Source: a virus. From it: DNA of 33,827 nt. The stretch lies in the IMG/VR virus record IMGVR_UViG_3300031853_000169. One strand, 5' to 3'. The position numbers and the translations under genes are program-made. Shown piece by piece: positions 16,527 through 23,543 of this stretch (positions are counted from its first letter, which is position 1; each line of letters starts with the position of its first letter). The notes under the pieces are model-generated. The model saw nothing but the letters and a program-made list of their open reading frames with translations, did not search any database and was not told where the DNA came from.

Positions 16527-17278
16527 AATTCAGCATATCAGATAATATGAAGTTCTCCGCTGATATCAAAAACATGAAATTCGGAATGAATGTCGGATAT
16601 GTCCAGCCGCAGAAAAACGGTGTCGGTCAGGCAGTAGATTCGGCGGTCAGCGGAAACGCAAGAATAGGAATATCAGGCAGTGCATTGGTTTTGCCCTGGG
16701 TGTATACTCAGGAAACAGATGATAATGCGAAAATATCAGCCACTCTTACGATAAATCCGACTGCTGACTGTCTGCTGGTTGTGGCTGCTATGAGCCGTTC
16801 GGAAGCTTCGGTTTCCGGTGACGGCTGGACGAAGATCACATCAGGAACAGTGACACTTTCTCAGAGAATAACAGTCTGGTACAAGAAAGTATCTGCCGGA
16901 ACGCATACTGTGACCGTCACTCTGACCGACAATGCGAGAATGAGCCTGAAACTGCTGTGCATTTACAATGCCGAAAGCCTGACGGAAGTTGATAACATAG
17001 TCGCTTCAAGTGTGCCGATAAATCCGACAGCAACGACGACAAAGCGTAGGTTGTATTTGTTATCGAGTGTATATGCTTCAACAGACGGAACACCTGCTGC
17101 TGTCACGGTTTCTGATAACGGTGTGGCTTTAGAAGCTGCCGAGGAACTTCGTTTTTCTGCGTTTTACGATGATGAACCTGAAAGTGGAGTAACTCCGACA
17201 TTCGGCTATTATAGCAGCAATTACACAGCAAATTCTATCAACATGATCTCTTTTGATATTGAGGAGGCAACTACATGA
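16523..17278 (+). CDS. Hypothetical tail-tip protein, receptor-binding candidate
   Basis: 251 aa with ATGA coupling. Beta-rich sequence; no family recognised. Confidence 0.45.
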   Translation: MKFSISDNMKFSADIKNMKFGMNVGYVQPQKNGVGQAVDSAVSGNARIGISGSALVLPWVYTQETDDNAKISATLTINPTADCLLVVAAMSRSEASVSGDGWTKITSGTVTLSQRITVWYKKVSAGTHTVTVTLTDNARMSLKLLCIYNAESLTEVDNIVASSVPINPTATTTKRRLYLLSSVYASTDGTPAAVTVSDNGVALEAAEELRFSAFYDDEPESGVTPTFGYYSSNYTANSINMISFDIEEATT

Positions 17279-17979
17279 GCATATCGGTTTTTTCACAGAG
17301 CAGAACAAAAGATATGTCTGTTCTTAAAGCGTTCCTTGACGAAAACAAAGCAGGGACTTTCTTAGAGGACGCAACGCTTGAACTATCGACAACAGCGGTC
17401 GAAAATGACACACTGACAATTACTCTCGGTGATTCTCAGCTTAAATTAGCGGCTACAGCATCAGGTAACTATAATGACATCGAATACACCGGAAGCAATA
17501 TGACAGTTTCGTTCAAGGGTAATGACGGATACGGAGGATCATATCCGTATATCTCGAAGCTCATGTTTTGCAAAAATGGCATCGTATTTGAGTATATGAG
17601 AAGGAATACCGGTGACTCTGCTTACGGCACAGAACATATCATATATCCTGTTGCTGTTACTGTGGACAGTGCCGGAAATCTTGCGATGATATACTGGGGA
17701 ATAAATGGTTTGTCTGTAGCTAATGCCTATACATCGAACATTTACTATGCTGTAACATACAGCAGTATTTCTGTATCTGCTGTTACAGTGATCCCTCAGA
17801 ATTCCGCACAGTTTACATCGCTTGCACCTATAGTTGCAAACACCAGTGATAATGCTGTATCTCTGCCGTATGCTTATGCTGCTGTACATCAGCAGGTCGC
17901 CGGTCTTGGTCTGACAAAAGTCGTCATGGACGGAACGTACTATATAACTAACGGTCTATGGTACATCAAGGACGAGTGA
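17275..17979 (+). CDS. Hypothetical tail-tip protein, receptor-binding candidate
   Basis: 234 aa with ATGA coupling. It is the last structural ORF before the lysis genes; no family recognised. Confidence 0.45.
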   Translation: MSISVFSQSRTKDMSVLKAFLDENKAGTFLEDATLELSTTAVENDTLTITLGDSQLKLAATASGNYNDIEYTGSNMTVSFKGNDGYGGSYPYISKLMFCKNGIVFEYMRRNTGDSAYGTEHIIYPVAVTVDSAGNLAMIYWGINGLSVANAYTSNIYYAVTYSSISVSAVTVIPQNSAQFTSLAPIVANTSDNAVSLPYAYAAVHQQVAGLGLTKVVMDGTYYITNGLWYIKDE

Positions 17980-17987
17980 GGTGCAGC

Positions 17988-18251
17988 ATGGAAAGCATAA
18001 TTGTATCAATAATCACAGGAATAATCACTATCATAACAGTTATAATCAACACAAAAGCTTCAAACCGGGAAATCCAGCATAAATTGGAGACACAGCAGGC
18101 GGTCTTCGAGACCAAGCTCGACAATCTGACCTCAGAGGTTCGGGAGCACAACAACTTCGCCCGGCGAATGCCGGTCGTCGAGGAGCAGATCAAGGTTATC
18201 AATCACAGACTGGAGGATCTGGAGCATGAAATTCAGAGACCGCATAGCTAA
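17988..18251 (+). CDS. Membrane-anchored coiled-coil protein of the lysis cassette (XhlA-like position)
   Basis: ATG 17988 with a GAGGTG ribosome-binding site; the track start at 17958 overlaps the upstream gene. An N-terminal TM helix (IIVSIITGIITIITVIINT) is followed by a coiled coil. Confidence 0.55.
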   Translation: MESIIVSIITGIITIITVIINTKASNREIQHKLETQQAVFETKLDNLTSEVREHNNFARRMPVVEEQIKVINHRLEDLEHEIQRPHS

Positions 18252-18411
18252 GATGATCGATGTGAAATCCGTCGTCACGCTCATTCTGACGGGGGTTTTC
18301 GCTGTGCAGACCGTCAGGGGAAAAGTTTCCGGGGAGCAGTTCCTCACGGTATTTACTGTCGTGATAAGCTTCTACTTCGGGACACAGTATCAGAAAAATA
18401 TCAAGGAGTGA
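18226..18411 (+). CDS. Holin (phi LC3 / SPP1-type small holin)
   Basis: 61 aa with two hydrophobic segments (VVTLILTGVFAVQTV, FLTVFTVVISFYFGT), located immediately upstream of the endolysin gene. Confidence 0.75.
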   Translation: MKFRDRIAKMIDVKSVVTLILTGVFAVQTVRGKVSGEQFLTVFTVVISFYFGTQYQKNIKE

Positions 18412-18416
18412 AAAAG

Positions 18417-18971
18417 ATGAATTACAAGTACAATGATAAGACCCAGCTCGCAGAACATTTCAACGTGCAGGAATTCCGCTGCAAGTGCGGCGGGACTCAC
18501 GATATTCTTGTGAATCCGGAGCTTCCGGCTAAGCTCGAAAAGCTTCACAAGGCTCTGCACTGCTCGAAGATAATAATTAACTCCGGCCATCGCTGTGCAG
18601 CTCATGATCGTGCAGTAGGAGGTTCTGGAAGCGGTCAGCACGTTTCCGGAAATGCCGCTGATATTGTCTGCTTCGACAAGGACGGAAACCGCATAGATTC
18701 AAGAAAAGTTTCCTGTGCTGCTCAGGATATCGGGTTCAAAGGTATAGCCAACATTGACAAGCAGTATAATGCCACTCATGTCGATGTCCGTCCGTCCGGA
18801 TCCTGGCTCGGTGATGAGGTCGTGACTACTGCTTACAGTGTGACCGATGATTTCTACAAGTATTATAAGCTTAGTAAGGCTGACGTTTACGGCTCTGCTC
18901 CGGCTGATACGATCGATATTTCTATCACGCTGGACGGGAAGACTTACTCAGGAACGCTCACAGCAGAATGA
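18417..18971 (+). CDS. Endolysin, zinc peptidase M15A family (D-Ala-D-Ala carboxypeptidase-like)
   Basis: Motifs FNVQEFRCKCGG, INSGHRCAAHDRAVGGSGSGQHVSGNAADI and ATHVDVRP. AAGGAG lies 8 nt before ATG 18417; GTG 18408 is an alternative start. Confidence 0.85.
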   Translation: MNYKYNDKTQLAEHFNVQEFRCKCGGTHDILVNPELPAKLEKLHKALHCSKIIINSGHRCAAHDRAVGGSGSGQHVSGNAADIVCFDKDGNRIDSRKVSCAAQDIGFKGIANIDKQYNATHVDVRPSGSWLGDEVVTTAYSVTDDFYKYYKLSKADVYGSAPADTIDISITLDGKTYSGTLTAE

Positions 18972-19519
18972 AACGGCTTTCAGATCTGATGCTGCTGTCG
19001 AATTTTCTCAGCACGCTGTTTTATTCTGCATCATATCCGTACATCTATGCGGAGATCGTAAAGGTCATCAGCAGGCACTATATCAGCTTCGAGCAGATAG
19101 TCTCCTGCATCGGAATAGTTGTTTTCGGTTCTATCTGGAATAAGTACGGCGACCGGCTCTTTCAGCATTACATTAAGTTCGTGCTCCTTGAAATCGCCGC
19201 AGATACGCTGCTGTTCGCTGATGTGCTGATCCGGCACGACCTCAAATTCTACTTTCTGCTGAATGTTATCATCTACACTCTCATCACAAAAAACATGAGC
19301 TGCGGCGGCATCAAGATGCGAGCCAAAGTCAATCCGACTGAGGAGCTTCGGGAACGCTATGACAATAACTCAAATAGCATCTATGCCATAGCTACTATCG
19401 CCGGAACGATCATCGCTGCGGTTCTCGGTGCAAGTCTTGACGTTCTCTTCGTCCTCGCTCTGATAGGCAACACCGTCGATAATTTCTTCTATCTCTATAT
19501 CTATAAGCGAATACAATGA
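18968..19519 (+). CDS. Six-TM integral membrane protein (half-MFS-like), accessory gene
   Basis: 183 aa with about 6 hydrophobic helices and an ATGA overlap with the endolysin gene. It is followed by a strong terminator and lies between the lysis cassette and the integrase gene. Confidence 0.6.
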   Translation: MKRLSDLMLLSNFLSTLFYSASYPYIYAEIVKVISRHYISFEQIVSCIGIVVFGSIWNKYGDRLFQHYIKFVLLEIAADTLLFADVLIRHDLKFYFLLNVIIYTLITKNMSCGGIKMRAKVNPTEELRERYDNNSNSIYAIATIAGTIIAAVLGASLDVLFVLALIGNTVDNFFYLYIYKRIQ

Positions 19520-19522
19520 AAG

Positions 19523-19559
19523 AAGCCGTCCGGGATTCCGGGCGGCTTTTTTTTATTTT
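19523..19559 (+). terminator. Strong rho-independent terminator ending the late operon
   Basis: AAGCCGTCCGG-gatt-CCGGGCGGCTT (11-bp stem with one G-U pair) followed by TTTTTTTATTTT. Confidence 0.9.
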
Positions 19560-19560
19560 G

Positions 19561-19591
19561 AAAGAAAATACCGTCTGAAAATCAGACGGTA
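19561..19591 (-). terminator. Terminator for the integrase gene (convergent with the late-operon terminator)
   Basis: TACCGTCTGA-aaa-TCAGACGGTA is a 10-bp stem containing the int stop codon. On the - strand it is followed by TTTTCTTTC. Confidence 0.65.
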
Positions 19592-21084
19592 ATACTCAAA
19601 GGCAGTATCACTATGATGTGCCCTTTTGCGTATAATGGTGTGGTTGGTGGAGGCGATGCGATATTACACTTATCTTTTGAATTAAATGGTATTTTAATTT
19701 TATCGGGATCGCTGCCGTCAACATCGAACAGTCTGAAGTAAACAACAATATAATCATGAAAGTAATCAATGCGGCTGATAACAGTATTAACAAGTGTGGC
19801 TGACGGAGTTTCAGCAAGATTTTTGACAGCGGCCATGAACATTTCAAGAGTGAATTCCGGTGCACGCTGCCGGAGCATATTCTCACGAGCGAGAAGGTCG
19901 GTTTTCTGGGCTTCAAGTTCGGTGATAGTATTCTGTATAGTCTCTGAGTTCAGGCCGCTCAGAATGGCGTTTACGGCGTTGTTGAGTTTCTTTTCGATCT
20001 GCTTCAGCTCTTTCTGTACCGCATTCAGCTCGGACGTATCAAGGATCTGCTTCTTATATTCGTCAAAAGCAGTTTTAGCGATCGAGGCTGTTTTATCGGA
20101 CTGTAAATACTCATCGATAGTACCCAGCACCGTTTCTTCAAGGGTGTCGGCATCGATGCGGCCGAAGTGCTTATTCTGGCAGTGATAGTAGTAGTACCGC
20201 TTGCCGTATCTTGATGTTCCACCTGTGCCTGTCATACGTTTCCCGCACTCTCCGCAGTAAAGGACTCCCGAAAGCAGATATGTATGGTTCTTCCTGTGGC
20301 GATGTTTGGTCTGTGATTCACCAAGTTTCTTTTGGACGATGCTGAACAGCTCGTCGCTGACTATTCTCGGACACTCAGCCACCTCATCGATACCCTTGAT
20401 AGTATACCTTCCGATATACCTTTCATTGCTCAGAATACGGCTGATGCTGCTTTTGTTGTAAGGGTTTCCCCTGCTCGTTTTCAGTCCTGTGCTGTTCAGT
20501 TCCGTGATGATCTCGGCAAAGGTACTCCCCTCTGCATACATCTGGAAAATCTTTCTTACAATAGCAGCCTGCTCCTCGACGATCTCGAAGCATTTGTCAG
20601 CACCTATCCGATATCCCAAGGCGATATTTCCGCCTGTGGTCTTGCCTTTGATAACGTTCTCACGCATACCCCGCCTGATCTTCTGGGAGAGTTCAGCGGA
20701 GTAGTACTCGTTCATAGCTTCCAGCAGACCTTCCATGATGATACCTTCGGGACTGTCTGTGATCTTCTCCATTGCTGACAAGAGCCTGATACCGTGCTGT
20801 TTCAGCTTCGCCTTATAGATTGCACTGTCATAGCGGTTACGGGCAAAGCGGTCAAGCTTATACACAATGACATAATCAATATCAAGGTGCTGACAGTCTG
20901 ACATCATACGCTGGAACTGTGGCCGGTGGTCTGTAGTTCCGGAAATGGCTCTGTCGATGTACTCCCCTGTTATCGTGATGCCTTCACGCTCTGCGAACTC
21001 CTGACATACTCTGAGCTGTCCCTCAATGCTCTGCTCGGTCTGACGCTCGGAGCTGTACCGGGCATAGATTATCGCTTTTTTCAT
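19582..21084 (-). CDS. int: Large serine recombinase (integrase)
   Basis: The N-terminal resolvase domain (AIIYARYSSERQ...SIEGQ) is followed by a recombinase domain, a zinc ribbon (CGECGKRMTG...YYYHCQN) and a coiled coil. AAGGAG ribosome-binding site 6 nt upstream. Confidence 0.95.
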   Translation of the reverse strand: MKKAIIYARYSSERQTEQSIEGQLRVCQEFAEREGITITGEYIDRAISGTTDHRPQFQRMMSDCQHLDIDYVIVYKLDRFARNRYDSAIYKAKLKQHGIRLLSAMEKITDSPEGIIMEGLLEAMNEYYSAELSQKIRRGMRENVIKGKTTGGNIALGYRIGADKCFEIVEEQAAIVRKIFQMYAEGSTFAEIITELNSTGLKTSRGNPYNKSSISRILSNERYIGRYTIKGIDEVAECPRIVSDELFSIVQKKLGESQTKHRHRKNHTYLLSGVLYCGECGKRMTGTGGTSRYGKRYYYYHCQNKHFGRIDADTLEETVLGTIDEYLQSDKTASIAKTAFDEYKKQILDTSELNAVQKELKQIEKKLNNAVNAILSGLNSETIQNTITELEAQKTDLLARENMLRQRAPEFTLEMFMAAVKNLAETPSATLVNTVISRIDYFHDYIVVYFRLFDVDGSDPDKIKIPFNSKDKCNIASPPPTTPLYAKGHIIVILPLSITV

Positions 21085-21094
21085 AACATTCTCC

Positions 21095-21123
21095 TTGCAT
21101 TTTAATAAAGGATATGCTATAAT
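21095..21123 (+). promoter_or_regulatory. Sigma-A-like promoter on the + strand (TTGCAT-17 nt-TATAAT), antisense to the int leader
   Basis: TTGCAT at 21095-21100 and TATAAT at 21118-21123, with a 17-nt spacer. The -10 element lies in the left arm of the 15-bp inverted repeat. Confidence 0.3.
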
Positions 21124-21157
21124 ACAATTGTCAAGGTTGTGCTTATAGCATATCCTT
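21108..21157. other. Perfect 15-bp inverted repeat with a 20-bp spacer; candidate attP core or int regulatory site
   Basis: AAGGATATGCTATAA (21108-21122) and TTATAGCATATCCTT (21143-21157). The 50-bp total lies 11 nt upstream of the int ribosome-binding site. Confidence 0.35.
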
Positions 21158-21159
21158 AT

Positions 21160-21198
21160 CCCCTTGCGGTGTTTCCGGTACCGTGAGGGGATTTTTTT
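21160..21198 (+). terminator. Intrinsic terminator oriented on the + strand between int and cI
   Basis: CCCCTTGCGGT-gtttccggt-ACCGTGAGGGG (11-bp stem with two G-U pairs) followed by ATTTTTTT. There is no T-run in the - strand orientation. Confidence 0.5.
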
Positions 21199-21199
21199 G

Positions 21200-21925
21200 T
21201 TATCTTACAGCTTTCCCGATGATGATACCGCACGGTATGATCTCGCCGTTTTCGGGGTAGATATCGTCATACTCCGGATTCAGGGACATGAGGCGGTCTT
21301 CGCCTGCTTTCTTGATGTACCCTTTGCCGTTCTGGATAAAAAGGCCTATCTTTCCGACGGGGACTTCATCTGACTTCACGACATAGACGATATCGCCGTT
21401 CTCGAAGTCCGGGAGCATACTGTCACCGTCAACTTCGACGGCAAAATCCGCTTCGTGCAGTTCGGGAGTATCGACAACTTCTACCGATCGCCACTGATCG
21501 CTGTCTTCGAGATCGTATCCGCAGCCGGCACTTGCCTTGTGGACAGACAGCATATCAAAGATGACTTTCTTGATATCAGACCTGATCTGTTCGGGACTGT
21601 GATTTTTCAGGACTGCGGCTCTGATGCTGTCATAGAGCAGCTTGCGGTATTCCTCCGGCATACTGCGGTAAATGCTGAGCAATTCTTCCTCAAAACGTGT
21701 ATCCTCCGATGTCATTTCGGGGGATTTTTTCTTTTCACGTCCGAGAAGATAGTCGGTAGTTACGCCGAATACATCAGCTATTTTTTGAAGAGTGTCTATA
21801 TCAGGTTTGTTTATACCATATTCATACTTCTGATACGAACTTGCACTTACGCCGATAGCTGCTGCTGCCTGTTGCATCGTTAATTTCTTTGACTTTCTTG
21901 CTTCTTTCAGATTATCAGGATTCAT
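21200..21925 (-). CDS. CI-like repressor: XRE-family HTH plus LexA/S24 autopeptidase domain
   Basis: N-terminal LTMQQAAAAIGVSASSYQKYEYG HTH. A putative Ala-Gly cleavage site (ASAGCG). GDSMLPDF serine motif and a downstream Lys (GYIKKAG). GGAGGTG ribosome-binding site. Confidence 0.9.
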   Translation of the reverse strand: MNPDNLKEARKSKKLTMQQAAAAIGVSASSYQKYEYGINKPDIDTLQKIADVFGVTTDYLLGREKKKSPEMTSEDTRFEEELLSIYRSMPEEYRKLLYDSIRAAVLKNHSPEQIRSDIKKVIFDMLSVHKASAGCGYDLEDSDQWRSVEVVDTPELHEADFAVEVDGDSMLPDFENGDIVYVVKSDEVPVGKIGLFIQNGKGYIKKAGEDRLMSLNPEYDDIYPENGEIIPCGIIIGKAVR

Positions 21926-21946
21926 TTATTTCACCTCCATGTATTA

Positions 21947-21975
21947 ATTTTATCATCACTGATGATAATTGTCAA
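21947..21975 (-). promoter_or_regulatory. Repressor-gene promoter (leftward): TTGACA-17 nt-TAAAAT with TGn
   Basis: On the - strand the sequence reads TTGACAATTATCATCAGTGATGATAAAAT. The -35 element is the complement of 21970-21975 and the -10 the complement of 21947-21952. Confidence 0.7.
21951..21967. promoter_or_regulatory. Operator O1: TATCAT-N5-ATGATA palindrome inside the leftward promoter spacer
   Basis: TATCATCACTGATGATA has perfect 6-bp (in fact 8-bp) arms. Confidence 0.65.
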
Positions 21976-21991
21976 TAGATGTTCTCGAAAC

Positions 21992-22029
21992 AAGATGCAC
22001 AAGATTAGTGTGAAAAAATTGTGCATCTT
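21992..22029. promoter_or_regulatory. Second class of inverted repeat (11-bp perfect arms, 16-bp spacer) between the divergent promoters
   Basis: AAGATGCACAA (21992-22002) and TTGTGCATCTT (22019-22029). The repeat lies between the two -35 boxes, so it acts at the DNA level. Confidence 0.5.
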
Positions 22030-22030
22030 T

Positions 22031-22047
22031 TCACATAGAAAATGATA
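22031..22047. promoter_or_regulatory. Degenerate third operator-like site (TCACAT-N5-ATGATA)
   Basis: The right half-site is perfect and the left matches 4 of 6. Its centre is 33 bp from the O2 centre. Confidence 0.3.
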
Positions 22048-22055
22048 AAAAGTAC

Positions 22056-22084
22056 TTGACAATTATCATTTGCAATGATATAAT
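22056..22084 (+). promoter_or_regulatory. Early rightward promoter: consensus TTGACA-17 nt-TGnTATAAT
   Basis: TTGACA at 22056-22061 and TATAAT at 22079-22084, preceded by TG at 22076-22077. Confidence 0.8.
22064..22080. promoter_or_regulatory. Operator O2: TATCAT-N5-ATGATA inside the rightward promoter spacer
   Basis: TATCATTTGCAATGATA. The 14-mer TTGACAATTATCAT is shared, in mirror orientation, with the leftward promoter. Confidence 0.65.
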
Positions 22085-22169
22085 TTCTTTGAAAGTTCAC
22101 AGTGACAATGTGAGTTTTCAGCATTCAACAGTTAAAACCCCATAGGAAATAAGACAAGGAGGTATCTGC

Positions 22170-22370
22170 ATGGAAGACATCAGACACGAAACCACGACCA
22201 CAGATGCAATGCACACCCTGTACAACAGCGGAGTCCTTGCAAGGTCGCCGGAAGAAGCCGAGCTGCTTGACTGGTTCCGCCAGCTCGCACCGGACGAACA
22301 GCTATTAGAGCTCGCAAGAGCCAAGGGAATGGCTCAGGCTATGAGCTACGTTAAAATGAAAGGAGCATGA
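22170..22370 (+). CDS. First early gene (66 aa), in the Cro position but with no recognisable HTH
   Basis: AAGGAGG ribosome-binding site 7 nt upstream. It is the first ORF downstream of the rightward promoter. Function unknown. Confidence 0.6.
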   Translation: MEDIRHETTTTDAMHTLYNSGVLARSPEEAELLDWFRQLAPDEQLLELARAKGMAQAMSYVKMKGA

Positions 22371-22516
22371 CTATGACACAGAATGATATCAATATCCTGA
22401 TCAAGCTCATAAAAGCGTACTGGACACCGGAGCGTATCAAGCTCTGGCATGAGTATGAAAAGACAGACCGCTCGCTGACATGGAGAGAATATGAGCGGCT
22501 GCACAGTGCAGACTAA
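22367..22516 (+). CDS. Micro-ORF (49 aa), hypothetical early protein
   Basis: Absent from the ORF track. AAAGGAG ribosome-binding site. ATG 22367 overlaps the upstream stop; ATG 22373 is an alternative start. Hand translation: MTMTQNDINILIKLIKAYWTPERIKLWHEYEKTDRSLTWREYERLHSAD. Confidence 0.5.
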   Translation: MTMTQNDINILIKLIKAYWTPERIKLWHEYEKTDRSLTWREYERLHSAD

Positions 22517-22543
22517 AAGAACAAAAGCAAAGGAGAACCCAAC

Positions 22544-22693
22544 ATGAGAGATATAGGCATCGCACTGATAATCATTCCGTTCGCAGCGATAGCGAGCGGA
22601 TTCTTCGCAGGACTTATCGAGACGATATGCAGCGGAGATATCAAGGACGATATTGCAGAACTGAAAAGGAGACACAGACATGACCGCACATGA
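22544..22693 (+). CDS. Micro-ORF (49 aa), single-pass membrane protein
   Basis: AAAGGAGAA ribosome-binding site. MRDIGIALIIIPFAAIASGFFAGLIETI forms a TM helix, followed by a basic tail. Confidence 0.5.
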   Translation: MRDIGIALIIIPFAAIASGFFAGLIETICSGDIKDDIAELKRRHRHDRT

Positions 22694-22829
22694 CAAGGCA
22701 TCAGCGATAGCAGGAAAACTCCGCAGGATCAGACTCGACATCATGGTCACTGCGGAGGATGTCCTGCTCAAGGTATCAGATAAGCGGGAGCTTGAGTTCT
22801 GGTTCAGAAAACTTGTTCTCGGAGAATGA
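22680..22829 (+). CDS. Micro-ORF (49 aa), hypothetical early protein
   Basis: AAAAGGAGA ribosome-binding site. It overlaps the previous ORF by 14 nt. Hand translation: MTAHDKASAIAGKLRRIRLDIMVTAEDVLLKVSDKRELEFWFRKLVLGE. Confidence 0.45.
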   Translation: MTAHDKASAIAGKLRRIRLDIMVTAEDVLLKVSDKRELEFWFRKLVLGE

Positions 22830-22844
22830 AAAAGGAGTAAGAGT

Positions 22845-23129
22845 ATGAAAGCATTAAAACTTGAAGGACGCAGCGTCAGCGAGCTCGAGATAGAGAACAC
22901 TCTGGAAGCATTGCAGAAGGAAGTTGAGGGATACATCGAGACGCTCACTATCGCACCGGACAAAGCAGTGATGATCGTCAATGAGGAGGGGCAGCTCCGT
23001 GGTATGGCACCGAACCCGATAGCCTCTGGCTACACAGGTATCGGTATCGTAGGCCCTGCTCTGATCGTGGGCGTTGACGGAGATGAATTCTGCGATGTTC
23101 CGGCGGAGATCATCAGTCAGCTCACATAA
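22845..23129 (+). CDS. DUF3846-like protein
   Basis: 94 aa with an AAAAGGAG ribosome-binding site. The pattern MIVNEEGQLRGMAPNP...GPALIVGVDGDEF resembles DUF3846 as I recall it. Confidence 0.5.
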   Translation: MKALKLEGRSVSELEIENTLEALQKEVEGYIETLTIAPDKAVMIVNEEGQLRGMAPNPIASGYTGIGIVGPALIVGVDGDEFCDVPAEIISQLT

Positions 23130-23145
23130 AGCTGAGGTGGGCGTG

Positions 23146-23409
23146 ATGAAAGTCGATGAATCGTTCACAGACAGGCACGGACGCAGCTGTCTCGTGTTCT
23201 CAGGCGTGAAGAAGTTCTCCGACGTGTACGACTGGCTGTTTGACCACTACAACGGCTACAAGTTTGGCATAGTGCTCGACTGTTCTGTGTCTGAGCACCC
23301 CGGAACGGAGAATCAGATATACGTTCACTTCCTGGACGAGCTCCACGATGAAGTGGCACTCGAGGCAGGATATATCCGAAAGGACAAGGACACATATGTC
23401 CGCAGATAA
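23146..23409 (+). CDS. Hypothetical protein (87 aa)
   Basis: ATG 23146 is preceded by GAGGTG. The track start at 23074 overlaps the upstream gene. Confidence 0.55.
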   Translation: MKVDESFTDRHGRSCLVFSGVKKFSDVYDWLFDHYNGYKFGIVLDCSVSEHPGTENQIYVHFLDELHDEVALEAGYIRKDKDTYVRR

Positions 23410-23410
23410 A

Positions 23411-23433
23411 GAAAAAAGCTCCCCGCAGGGAGC
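23411..23433 (-). terminator. GC hairpin with its U-run only in the - orientation (possible antisense-transcription stop)
   Basis: The + strand reads GAAAAAA-GCTCCC-cgca-GGGAGC. On the - strand the hairpin is followed by TTTTTTC. Confidence 0.3.
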
Positions 23434-23475
23434 AGAAAATAATAACCACTTAGATAATACCATAATTTCAATCCA

Positions 23476-23495
23476 CTCCCTCCGGGTGGAGGGAG
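23476..23495. other. GC-rich hairpin CTCCCTCC-gggt-GGAGGGAG in the gap before the replication module
   Basis: 8-bp perfect stem with no T-run. It shares the decamer CTCCCTCCGG with 1367-1376. Confidence 0.4.
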
Positions 23496-23543
23496 ACAAT
23501 TATACTGCTTAAATACTATCATACAAAAGGAGGAATGTCAAGC

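Noticed and set aside
21164-21373. The 69-aa + strand ORF overlapping the 3' end of the repressor gene.
   Set aside because: It starts inside a terminator hairpin, has no ribosome-binding site, and is antisense to the well-supported S24 domain coding region.
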